A stretch of DNA of 52,497 nucleotides from an uncultured Candidatus Saccharibacteria bacterium (GTDB lineage Bacteria; Patescibacteriota; Saccharimonadia; Saccharimonadales; JBBQAJ01), in NCBI GenBank assembly GCA_964597925.1, contig CAZQZT010000004.1, positions 1-52,497 of the forward strand, in the 5' to 3' direction. Shown piece by piece: positions 9,563 to 18,437 of this stretch; position 1 is the first letter of the stretch, and each line of letters opens with the position of its first letter. Position numbers and translations under genes: made by a program. The notes beneath the pieces were generated by a model. It did no database searches and was not told where the DNA came from. It worked only from the letters and a program-made list of their open reading frames with translations.

Positions 9563-11005
9563 TTATTTTAACATGCGCACCTTTATAGTATCTGTCGTAC
9601 CAACCACGCCCGGATATTGCCCAGATGCCGTAACCACCATATCGCCTTTTTTCAGCACCTTTTTTTGCTGAAGCCAGTTTGCAAGTTTTGTAGCTGCAAA
9701 TTTATCGTCTGGACGAACATAGCTCTTGGTTCCATATACGATAACTAACTGTTGAGCCACTCTCGGATCAGACGTAACTGCTACGACCGGTTGTTTGGGG
9801 CGTTTGGAGACAAGCTGCAGTGCCGTAGCACCGGACTTTGTTTCGGCTACAATTGCTTTGGCGTTTACGCTCTCAGCTAAGCTAATAACCGCATCTGCTA
9901 TAGCTGACTGTTTTGTGGCAACTAGATCTTCCAAATCATCAAAAACAGCCTTAAGGGGATTGTTTTCTTGAGTGTAGATAATAATCCGCTTCATTGTTTT
10001 AACAGCTTCCACTGGGTATTTGCCATTAGCAGTTTCATCACTTAACATCACACAATCTGCACCTACAATAACCGCTGTTGCCACGTCTGATACTTCGGCT
10101 CTAGTCGGTTCTGGTGACTCAGTCATACTAAACAACATCTGCGTAGCCACAATCGTCGGCTTAGCGTATTTCATACCGAGCCCAATCAACCGGCGCTGCA
10201 CAATAGGCACCGACTCTGCAGGTGCTTCTACTGCCAAATCGCCACGAGCAATCATAATCACATCTGTTTCTTCGACTATCTCCTGCATATGGTCAACGGC
10301 CGCCTGGGTTTCAAATTTGACGATGATTTTGGCGTTCATGCCGAGGTTGTGCATCAGACGGCGCAGGCCGCGGATGTCCGAGGCGGTCTGAACAAAACTT
10401 TGCGCCACGTAGTCAATATCGTGCTCTGAGCCAAAAGCCAGGTCGGCTTTGTCTTTTTTGGTAATCACGTCGCCGCCAAAATCGGTGTCTGGCAGATTAA
10501 TCCCTTTGCGCTTGATGAGTATGCCGTCATTTTCAGCCCGGGCGTGCACCACTCCGTCTTTTACGCTAGTTACGGTGGTTTTTACCTTGCCGTCGTACAG
10601 GTACAGCCGCTCGCCGCGCTGAATTTTTTTGCTCAAGTCATACTGGGTCGGCAAATTGCCGCTAGCTGAGTAGTCAGCGTTATAAGCAAAGCTAAGGTGC
10701 TGGCCTGTTTGAACGTTTACAATGCCCTCGAAGTCGCCCAGGCGGATTTTGGGACCCTGCAGGTCTTGGATAATGGCGACTGGTTTGCCATACTCTTGCG
10801 CGGCTTTGCGAATCCATTTGATATGTTTGACGCGCTCCGCTTCCGTGCCATGGCCAAAATTGAGCCGTATGCCGTTGGCCCCGGCTTTTATAAGTTTCAG
10901 GACAGCTTCATAGCTATTAGTTGCCGGCCCAAGGGTAGCAATGATTTTAGTCCGCTTAAATTTAGCAACGGGCACGTTGGGTGCTGTGTAAGTTGTTTCC
11001 ACCAT
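9563..11005 (-). CDS. pyk: Pyruvate kinase
   Basis: TKIIATLGP, DLQGPKIR, ARGDL, ATQML, PTRAEVSDV, MLSDET. Confidence 0.97.
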   Translation of the reverse strand: MVETTYTAPNVPVAKFKRTKIIATLGPATNSYEAVLKLIKAGANGIRLNFGHGTEAERVKHIKWIRKAAQEYGKPVAIIQDLQGPKIRLGDFEGIVNVQTGQHLSFAYNADYSASGNLPTQYDLSKKIQRGERLYLYDGKVKTTVTSVKDGVVHARAENDGILIKRKGINLPDTDFGGDVITKKDKADLAFGSEHDIDYVAQSFVQTASDIRGLRRLMHNLGMNAKIIVKFETQAAVDHMQEIVEETDVIMIARGDLAVEAPAESVPIVQRRLIGLGMKYAKPTIVATQMLFSMTESPEPTRAEVSDVATAVIVGADCVMLSDETANGKYPVEAVKTMKRIIIYTQENNPLKAVFDDLEDLVATKQSAIADAVISLAESVNAKAIVAETKSGATALQLVSKRPKQPVVAVTSDPRVAQQLVIVYGTKSYVRPDDKFAATKLANWLQQKKVLKKGDMVVTASGQYPGVVGTTDTIKVRMLK

Positions 11006-11068
11006 TTATAACTATTTTAACCTGTTATGGTTATCGGTTACAAGTAGTAATCGGTTGAGTACTCTAGT

Positions 11069-11794
11069 TTAGAGTTCGATAACCGAATTGAGAATGATTT
11101 CCATAGTGTCAAACTGGGCTTCGGTCACAAGACTACTGGGGCTGTCGGTACTTGGGTCAAAACTGCCGCTGGCCGGAACGTTCAATTGAAACGACATACC
11201 GGCGTAGTTTGGCGTTTCGGTAAAGCGGCGTTGGGATTTTACTATTGCGCCTTCTGTATCAAGGCCAGAGTTGGTAGCTACCAGTACTTTATCGGCATTG
11301 TTAATTATAATCGTGCTAGGGGTGGATTCATAGGGTGTAAACGTTTCGTAGACCGTAAATCCGGTGGCATTTATTGGGCCGCCGCGTCCTGGGCCGCCGT
11401 ACGTCCAATCTGTCCTGACGTGCCCAAAGCTGGCATTGGCATTGGCGCTAAAACTCCCCCAATAAGCACCGGCGGGTTCGTACGCGGGGTTAATAACACC
11501 GTCATGGAGCGTCACGGTGCCCCAAATGGTTGGATAAACAAAACAATAGCCTATTTCTTCGTTGGTATAAACCGTGTATTCAGCCGGAGCCGTACAGTTT
11601 GCAGTAACCTGGCTTGCGGCCGCAGAACTTTCGTCTTTTTTTGAATTTTGTTGCGCCGATTCTTTGGGAGTTTTTATTAAACTTTTTTGTTTATATACAT
11701 ACCAGCCAACAAAGCCAAGAACGGCTACAATTATAATTATTAATATTGCTTCAACAGCTCCAAAACCTGCTTCATTATGTTTAAGTTTACTCAT
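11069..11794 (-). CDS. Type IV pilin-like (class III signal peptide) secreted protein
   Basis: N-terminus KHNEAG|FGAVEAILIIIIVAVLGFVGWYVY: G/F cleavage site, Glu at +5, hydrophobic helix; start set at ATG 11794. Confidence 0.7.
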   Translation of the reverse strand: MSKLKHNEAGFGAVEAILIIIIVAVLGFVGWYVYKQKSLIKTPKESAQQNSKKDESSAAASQVTANCTAPAEYTVYTNEEIGYCFVYPTIWGTVTLHDGVINPAYEPAGAYWGSFSANANASFGHVRTDWTYGGPGRGGPINATGFTVYETFTPYESTPSTIIINNADKVLVATNSGLDTEGAIVKSQRRFTETPNYAGMSFQLNVPASGSFDPSTDSPSSLVTEAQFDTMEIILNSVIEL

Positions 11795-11909
11795 ACTGCT
11801 AAGCATAAGCTTGCCAGTAATTATTTGCAATAAAATAGTGGCAAGTGGCATCTGTAAATAAGCGTGAGTGGTTTGGTGGCTCTAGGATGCATAGAGATAA
11901 GTTTCTAGA

Positions 11910-11917
11910 TGGTGACC
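11910..11917 (-). repeat. Copy of the last 8 nt of tRNA-Glu (possible att remnant)
   Basis: TGGTGACC, identical to 15238-15245, lies in the intergenic gap just beyond the 4-gene cluster. Confidence 0.4.
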
Positions 11918-12023
11918 CTACCCCTATCGATTTATAAGGGTGTAGGGTTTGCAAGTATTGTTGCCACTGACGCTCATAAAGTCGGTTCGTCGTGGCTTCA
12001 TTTTATTGCTAGTAAATGCTGAC

Positions 12024-12443
12024 TTATACTGGTGCAAAATCTATAAGATTTTGTCGATACTTCTCTATATGAGGCTCGATAGGTAACTTCTTTAGGTCTT
12101 CTTTGGTGAAATAGCCAATAGTAATATCTTGCTCTGGTGACTTAACAGCTTTGGTTGCCGTATCTACCGGATATACCAAAAAGATTAATGGACGTTCGGC
12201 TGGATGGTCATAAGTTGCCCATGCCTGCAAATGGTCTTTATCAATCTTCGTAACATCTACGCCTATTTCTTCTTGTAACTCGCGCCGTAAAGCGTCCTCT
12301 GGCTCCTCAAGATGTTCAACACCACCGCCCGGTAAATCCCAGTAAATGCTGTCTTCCTTAACTAACAGCAAGCCCTTGTTGGAGCCTTGAACAGCTGCTT
12401 TTGCCGATACTCTATAGGTGCAGGGTTTATATGTCGTTGCCAT
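12024..12443 (-). CDS. NUDIX hydrolase
   Basis: WDLPGGGVEHLEEPEDALRRELQEEIG Nudix box. Confidence 0.9.
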   Translation of the reverse strand: MATTYKPCTYRVSAKAAVQGSNKGLLLVKEDSIYWDLPGGGVEHLEEPEDALRRELQEEIGVDVTKIDKDHLQAWATYDHPAERPLIFLVYPVDTATKAVKSPEQDITIGYFTKEDLKKLPIEPHIEKYRQNLIDFAPV

Positions 12444-12489
12444 CTGATTATGTTACCAGTTATTGACCTGTGTCTCAAATCAAAGACGG

Positions 12490-13596
12490 CTACATCATAG
12501 ATAGAGCATGGTCAACGACTTGAGACGCACCGTATTTGCCGAGTGGGTATCGGTCGGCGACTGTTTCCCATACGGTCAGAGCACCTACTAGATTAGCCAC
12601 GCCCTCAGCTTTATATTCTGGCCGCAACAGCATATCAAAGTTGCGTTGCTCTACTCCGGTGCTCAATTTACTAAGGTTGTCTGTATTAGCTTCAAACTCC
12701 CGTAGGGCGTCAGCATACGAGGGGCATATTTCGTTGCCAATGCCAGCTTGTCGGTAGGCCATTAGTTGCGGTATATGACTACCGTTAAACGCCGGGATAT
12801 AGTGCGGCACTTTGCCCATTGCACAGGCTTCTAGCATTATTTCAATACCCGGTGCCAGCACAAGAGCACGAGCATCGCGGAGTAAATGGCCTAGGTCGGT
12901 TACGCCTGACTCGACGCGACCGCCAAAGTTTTCTACCGCACGTGCGGCCAAAGAGCCAAGCAGTTGCGGCGGGGTAATGGCCACAAAGTTAGCCGGGTCA
13001 ACATCAGTTGCTTTCATGGCTTCAGTGACAACATCCACACCCCAAGACAAATACTTTTCCTGATATTCTATGCCCAAATAGGGCGACCGCATACCGCCAG
13101 GATACAGCACGACAAGCTCACCGTTATTGTTTATTTCCGGGTCAATAGAGGAGGAGGGCAATATGGCATCTACCATATATAGCCGATCACTGACCATATC
13201 GCGTACCTTTTCAGGAGCATCAACAAAAAAGCGTTGGGCTAAAATCCGGTCTGCATTATGGTCAGGGAATCGCTCCCATAGTCCGCGCAACCAAAATAAA
13301 GAATCCACTAATAACAGAGGTGTTTCAGACTTCGTAATTGGAGTGCTGATATCTAGGCATGACAGCGTCACGCCAGTATTGAGGTCTTGAAGATCAAGCG
13401 GCTCACGATACTCATAGCCCTCAGCAATAATGCCTGAAGCAGCCGTGATTTTTTGGGCGGCCTCGTCGCCAAGCACTTTAACCGACATTCCCCGGTCTTC
13501 AAATTCGTTTGCAATAGCCAGCGCTTTGCCCAGTGGACCAAAGCCAAATGGTGCGGCAAGTAGGGTAGCGTCTGTTGGTTGATGTTCTATGCTCAT
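12490..13596 (-). CDS. GT-B glycosyltransferase resembling the cytosylglucuronic-acid (CGA) synthase family
   Basis: PFGFGPLGK, VDSLFWL, LAQ, PGGMRSP and APGIEIMLE occur in the order I recall for BlsD/MilC-like proteins; not confirmed by HMM. Confidence 0.55.
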   Translation of the reverse strand: MSIEHQPTDATLLAAPFGFGPLGKALAIANEFEDRGMSVKVLGDEAAQKITAASGIIAEGYEYREPLDLQDLNTGVTLSCLDISTPITKSETPLLLVDSLFWLRGLWERFPDHNADRILAQRFFVDAPEKVRDMVSDRLYMVDAILPSSSIDPEINNNGELVVLYPGGMRSPYLGIEYQEKYLSWGVDVVTEAMKATDVDPANFVAITPPQLLGSLAARAVENFGGRVESGVTDLGHLLRDARALVLAPGIEIMLEACAMGKVPHYIPAFNGSHIPQLMAYRQAGIGNEICPSYADALREFEANTDNLSKLSTGVEQRNFDMLLRPEYKAEGVANLVGALTVWETVADRYPLGKYGASQVVDHALSMM

Positions 13597-13615
13597 TTCT
13601 GTAATCTACCTTTCG

Positions 13616-14278
13616 TTATAGTGCGGGAGTGGTTATGGCCATTGTCTGAAGTGGTGCCTCATCAGAAATCCGCCAGGCCGCTAACGACCCTAGTGGAAAC
13701 TTGATAAAGTCATAATTCGGCCGGTCAAACTCACCGTCATTCACAAGTAAGTGGTTCATCATATTAAGGGTTGAAGTCGTGCCCACTATCGCCAAGGAAT
13801 TGTCCGGCTCACATCCTTCGATGCTTGATACCAGACCCCGGCGTATACGGTCTGCAAATTCCTCCATCGGTTCACTACCCGGAACACGCGGGCGGCTACT
13901 TAGATCGCCTTTGTTAGTACGCCAGGCAATGAGTGACGCGGCAACTTCGGGGTAACGTATGGCAAGTTCTTCTTCGGGCAAGCCACCGGCAACACCTAAG
14001 CGCACACCTACCAAGTCCGGCACTTCTACTATTGCCCTGGCTGCAACCATTCCAACATGCCGAGCTGTCGCTTCGCTGCGACCTTCGGGCTGATGCACAA
14101 TTTGTAATCCTTCAGCACCGCCACGCATACGCAACAAGAAGCCGCCTACGGTGCGGGCTTGTTGTTCGCCAGTAGGAGTAAGGCGCTGATCGCCGCCGCC
14201 GTGAACTTTTGCCAAGTTTTTATACGCCTCAGCGTGGCGTAAGAGGTATACGTCTAAGTTGTCGGTTAGTCTAATCAT
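13616..14278 (-). CDS. Histidine phosphatase superfamily protein
   Basis: LLRHAE...N...D..LT..G..QA motif; the second His position reads VGTT instead of VSHG. Confidence 0.8.
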   Translation of the reverse strand: MIRLTDNLDVYLLRHAEAYKNLAKVHGGGDQRLTPTGEQQARTVGGFLLRMRGGAEGLQIVHQPEGRSEATARHVGMVAARAIVEVPDLVGVRLGVAGGLPEEELAIRYPEVAASLIAWRTNKGDLSSRPRVPGSEPMEEFADRIRRGLVSSIEGCEPDNSLAIVGTTSTLNMMNHLLVNDGEFDRPNYDFIKFPLGSLAAWRISDEAPLQTMAITTPAL

Positions 14279-14288
14279 TTCTACTTCC

Positions 14289-15098
14289 TTATATTGCTAG
14301 TCTTTCTCTCTGTTTGGCTAACTGCGGCGTTTGCGTCCAGGTCCAAGGGTCTGGTCGTTCCAAACCTAAATCATAGGCCAAGCGGTTATACAAAATACCC
14401 TGATCGTCGGCGGTCGTTTCGTATGTTTCTAACAAGCGGTTTGCCCACTTATCGCCCATATTGGCTTGCACCGTCCATGACATAATGGCTAGATCGAGTT
14501 TGCCATTACCGACATGCAAGCCGCCAAGGTCTACGATGCCAGTCAAGGCAGCGCGACCACTTAGTAGTACGTTAGGCATACATAAATCACCGTGAGTCAG
14601 TACTTTTTTATCACCGCCGGAACCGCCATCAACAATGTCTTGTAGCTCACGGTATGTTCGGCCCGCGAAGTCTGGGTGCAACTCCCTGTGTTTTGTTTTT
14701 GATGTTTCCAATCGCTTCAAGTTGTCGGCAATACCTTGTTCCGTAGTCCAGCGTGGGGCGGCAAACGGAAAGCCGCGCGTATCTGTTTCACGCATGGCTC
14801 CTATGGCCGTTGTGACCCCGAAAAGAATGGCCGTTGGCTCTAGCAGGCCGATGTACTTATGACTAGGTGTACCCTCTAATGTCTTAGTAACTAGCATACT
14901 AATGCCGGGTAGACGTACAGCCCGCGCTTGTCGTGGTGACGGTAGCCGGTCACGCACCCATCTGGTGCGGGCAGCTTCATCGGATTGACGCGGGCCATCT
15001 TCGCCAGGCCGCAACTTAATGTGCCAGCCTGTGCGGTCTGGCAACTCTATAGCTAATGTGGCATACATGCCGTGACCTTTTGCCCGTTTTATGTTCAT
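14289..15098 (-). CDS. Aminoglycoside 3'-phosphotransferase-like kinase (divergent)
   Basis: LTHGDLCMPNVLL, GIVDLGGLHVG...DLA, and a C-terminal WANRLLETY...YNRL segment parallel to APH(3'). Confidence 0.75.
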   Translation of the reverse strand: MNIKRAKGHGMYATLAIELPDRTGWHIKLRPGEDGPRQSDEAARTRWVRDRLPSPRQARAVRLPGISMLVTKTLEGTPSHKYIGLLEPTAILFGVTTAIGAMRETDTRGFPFAAPRWTTEQGIADNLKRLETSKTKHRELHPDFAGRTYRELQDIVDGGSGGDKKVLTHGDLCMPNVLLSGRAALTGIVDLGGLHVGNGKLDLAIMSWTVQANMGDKWANRLLETYETTADDQGILYNRLAYDLGLERPDPWTWTQTPQLAKQRERLAI

Positions 15099-15175
15099 AT
15101 ATAAGAAAATACCACACTTTCCCTCTGATAGCTATACTGACCGTAGCAAGGAGAATCGAATTATTTAACAGATAC

Positions 15176-15213
15176 AAAAAAGCACCTAGCTTCCTTTGCC
15201 GGAAATTAGGCAC
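15176..15213 (-). terminator. Intrinsic terminator of tRNA-Glu
   Basis: Minus-strand hairpin GTGCCTAATTTCC/GGAAGCTAGGTGC followed by T6. Confidence 0.6.
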
Positions 15214-15237
15214 TAATTCATATCTGTAATTCTTACT

Positions 15238-15312
15238 TGGTGACCTCACGGAGAATCGAACTCCGATTTCCAGGATGAAAACCTGGCGTCCTAACCGTTA
15301 GACGATGTGGCC
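15238..15312 (-). tRNA. tRNA-Glu(UUC)
   Basis: Cloverleaf; anticodon arm CCAGG-TTTTCAT-CCTGG; T-loop TTCGATT; encoded CCA; A5:A68 mismatch in the acceptor stem. Confidence 0.93.
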
Positions 15313-15374
15313 AATATTTAGGCCGCAAATTTTATACCTAAATTGCGACCGAGTTATTGTAGCATAACAGGGGT

Positions 15375-15411
15375 AAAAAAGAAATCCCCCGCATTACTTG
15401 CAGAGGATTTC
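15375..15411 (-). terminator. Intrinsic terminator downstream of the LPNTG surface protein gene
   Basis: Minus strand GAAATCCTCTGCA/TGCGGGGGATTTC then T-tract. Confidence 0.65.
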
Positions 15412-15499
15412 AGAGATTTTGTTTGGAGCGGTCAGTCACGACCTTTACTGCTTCTACCCTAACACAATTTTATTAATTACGCTAGCAGTTTTCCACAGT

Positions 15500-17122
15500 T
15501 TAGCTGTAGCGTCGACCAAGAATGAACTTGTGAACCAAGGCGCCAGCAATGGTAGCAGCCGCAAAGAGACCAACTACATCGCCAGGGCCAGTGTTTGGCA
15601 AAGCTGTTGTTGTAGTAGTCTCGATACATTCAGGACTGTCTTTTGGCAAGTTCTCTTTGCCAACAATTGGACATTTTTCGTCTTCTTTTGGAATCGTTAG
15701 GTTAGTTTTACATGTATCGCTTGTGTCAGATACCGTCTTGCCATCTACTACGAAATCAACCGTAACGGTTATTGTGTATGTACCGGGACCAGGGAACGTA
15801 TTGTCAATCTGACCATTCACTTGGTTACTGATAGCATCCACTTTGTAGCCAGAGCCCGTAAAGCTGTAGCGGTACTGTTTAACTACTGCACCATTCTTAG
15901 CAGTTGCATTAGTGGTGAAGCGGTATGTTTTGCCACTTACGAATGCTTTCTGTATCCCATCACAGTTATAGATAGGAGTTTCTGGTTTGTCGGGTTCGCA
16001 ATCGCTAATTACAACTTTTGCATCATTACTCTGTTCTGGAACATTATCTGCTCGCCCGAAAGCTGTGTTTTTGATTTCACAGACCTCTTTCGGGGCTGTA
16101 ATCTTGGTTTGGAAACGAATGACCCCATTACCATTGACGGCATAGTTGCCAACATTTACTCCACCACTACTGAGTGCGGTGTCTTGGAAGGTTTCACCGT
16201 TTTGGTGGTTAGCATCAATCCACGTTATAGAGCCTGGTACCAGTGTTAACCCTGTTGGTATTTGGTCACGAATAGTAATATTACGTGCAGTCTCACTGCC
16301 AGTATTTTTGTAGTCTATTCTCCATGAAATCGTTTCACCTCGTTTCGCAGTAACACTCTCGCTACTATCAGTAAGCTTCGGTGCTGCAACTTTAGAAACT
16401 CGTTTGTTAATTTCTAGATCTGGAGAGCTAATTTTAACTTTAACGTACACGTACGCAGAATATTCGAAACATCCGGGAACGTTGCCGTTCATAGCATCAT
16501 AGCCAATTTGTGTGCCGGCATTTGAGACAATTGCGTCAGAGAGAGCTAGGCCATTTTGGTTTACTTGATTATATAGTTTTGCAGAGCCTGGAACGTAAGC
16601 AACGCTAAATGCTTTGCTATCGTTTACCAATGTTGCGGTATCCCAAACTTTACTAGGAGTTGCATTGTCTGCAGTTATATCCGCAAGCACATCAACACCG
16701 TTTGCTGTGCCGCTGGCAATCTCTACGCTTACACGAGTGTTCTTAGCTACGCCAACACCATTATTGGTACTCTGGTTGGCGTTGTTGTGTACAAATGTAC
16801 GAACCCAGTACTCTTTGCCAGCAGTTGCTGTCTTAGTTTCGGAAAAGTTTGCCTGTACTGGACTTTGACCAGCAACTACTTCAGCTACGCGCACGAAGTT
16901 TCGCTCATCACCATATGTTGGGGTGTTGATGAAACTATTAAATACAGGACCGGTTAATGAACCTTTACGATCATCTGGATTGTTCCAGTCAAATGTTGGA
17001 CGGTTAGGGCCAAAACCAGCGCTAACTGCTACTGGCAGTGCGATCGCCAAGCCAACGGCTATTGCGGCGACGTATCGCTTAGGAGCGTTCCGTAGTTTGT
17101 TGAATAAATTTTTCATACTCAT
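15500..17122 (-). CDS. Cell-surface protein with DUF11 domain and LPXTG sorting signal
   Basis: Signal peptide; INKRVS...KRGETISWRIDYKNTG...ITIRDQIP (DUF11); C-terminal LPNTG + TM + GRRYS; SD AAGGAG before ATG 17122. Confidence 0.8.
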   Translation of the reverse strand: MSMKNLFNKLRNAPKRYVAAIAVGLAIALPVAVSAGFGPNRPTFDWNNPDDRKGSLTGPVFNSFINTPTYGDERNFVRVAEVVAGQSPVQANFSETKTATAGKEYWVRTFVHNNANQSTNNGVGVAKNTRVSVEIASGTANGVDVLADITADNATPSKVWDTATLVNDSKAFSVAYVPGSAKLYNQVNQNGLALSDAIVSNAGTQIGYDAMNGNVPGCFEYSAYVYVKVKISSPDLEINKRVSKVAAPKLTDSSESVTAKRGETISWRIDYKNTGSETARNITIRDQIPTGLTLVPGSITWIDANHQNGETFQDTALSSGGVNVGNYAVNGNGVIRFQTKITAPKEVCEIKNTAFGRADNVPEQSNDAKVVISDCEPDKPETPIYNCDGIQKAFVSGKTYRFTTNATAKNGAVVKQYRYSFTGSGYKVDAISNQVNGQIDNTFPGPGTYTITVTVDFVVDGKTVSDTSDTCKTNLTIPKEDEKCPIVGKENLPKDSPECIETTTTTALPNTGPGDVVGLFAAATIAGALVHKFILGRRYS

Positions 17123-17138
17123 CTTATTCTCCTTAGCT

Positions 17139-18293
17139 TTATTCGCATGCAGAACCACAAGGGCCTGCTACGGTTGTTGTTGTACCGTTACCCGCGATTG
17201 TTGTTGTCGTTGTTGAAGGACCAGTCTGGTCAGTAGGAGCTGTGGTGCTCGTTGTAGGGTAATCAGGACCTGGCTCTGGAGCCTCTACATCGTCCTCACC
17301 GCCAGGAACCGGAGACCAAGGACGCTTATCTGGTAGTGTTGTTGTAGTAGTACCCCTACGACCGGTTGTGGTTGTTTCGCCTTTACCAGCTGTGGAAGTA
17401 GTTTCTTCGCACTCTTCATTTGGTACAAACGTTTCTGGACGTTGGTCACCATTTTTTGGATTGCCATCAGCACCAATGCCGGTGTTGAATCCGATTATTG
17501 GCGTTGGGCAGTCCTCGTCTTTGCCCTTAAGCAAGGCCCCAAACATAAATGCTTCCGCGTCTTTAAATTGATTGTGCTTGGCAACCATTTCGGGTATGCG
17601 ATCAACACCTACGAATGCGTTGTCGTCGTAGCTAACATCAACGTCAGTCTTGCCAGTCTTCAGTCCTTCAGCATTGAGATTTGTCAGTACTGCTGAAAGG
17701 TTTTCAGCTAGGACAGTAAACTCATCATTGCGCTCAAGATGTGCTTCTACTTCTGTACGCTTCAGATCTGTTCCTAGTAAGTATTCGGCTTTTTCATCAA
17801 GTTCTTCTGGCTTAAGATCGGCGTACGGCTTCAGCCATTTTCCGGCTTCTGTATTAGCTAGGCGTTTGCCCTTATATATGACATTACCGAGTGTATAGGC
17901 AGTTGCTACGCTAAAAGGCGCATCTTCACACAGGCTAGCTTTAACTTCGGCTTCAGTATTATCACTTTCAAAAGGAGCGCGCATGGAGTTAGTCCATAGG
18001 CGTCCTTCCTGGTTGGCTCCGATGTCTGACTTAACAAGAGTAAAAGTATTGTTATCAAATTCGAGTTTATAAGTTTCACCAGTTCCGGCTTTGTCAACGA
18101 TCTCGACACAACTAGGATTATCTTGACCTGATACATCTAGCCATTCAGTTGGATTACTATCAGCAGATGCCGGTGTCTCTCCTCCTCGTGTAGCAAAAAG
18201 TGCGCCGCCGCCTACTAGAGCAGCGACTGCTAAAACACCGCCAAGTGCTCGTTTATTAACTTCACCTATGTCGCCATGTATTAATTCAGACAT
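17139..18293 (-). CDS. Hypothetical membrane-anchored exported protein with Thr/Pro-rich tail
   Basis: N-terminal TM; TTTT/P/G low-complexity C-terminus; 384-aa ORF with its own promoter. Confidence 0.65.
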   Translation of the reverse strand: MSELIHGDIGEVNKRALGGVLAVAALVGGGALFATRGGETPASADSNPTEWLDVSGQDNPSCVEIVDKAGTGETYKLEFDNNTFTLVKSDIGANQEGRLWTNSMRAPFESDNTEAEVKASLCEDAPFSVATAYTLGNVIYKGKRLANTEAGKWLKPYADLKPEELDEKAEYLLGTDLKRTEVEAHLERNDEFTVLAENLSAVLTNLNAEGLKTGKTDVDVSYDDNAFVGVDRIPEMVAKHNQFKDAEAFMFGALLKGKDEDCPTPIIGFNTGIGADGNPKNGDQRPETFVPNEECEETTSTAGKGETTTTGRRGTTTTTLPDKRPWSPVPGGEDDVEAPEPGPDYPTTSTTAPTDQTGPSTTTTTIAGNGTTTTVAGPCGSACE

Positions 18294-18371
18294 TTATTCC
18301 TCCCATAGAAGATTAATTACTCCATCTCGCCGTGCCCACCCCGTCTCAAGGAGTTTTCACGTATTAACAGC

Positions 18372-18400
18372 ATTCTACAATATGTATAAGCAATTGTCAA
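18372..18400 (-). promoter_or_regulatory. Sigma70 promoter
   Basis: TTGACA-N17-TAGAAT with TG extended -10, upstream of the 18293 and 17122 genes. Confidence 0.75.
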
Positions 18401-18437
18401 TACTTTTCGCAATGTTTATGATTTTGACGCAATATTC

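Noticed and set aside
17139-17420. DNA tandem repeat in the Thr-rich tail
   Set aside because: Only codon-level low complexity (ACA/ACT runs), with no discrete repeat unit
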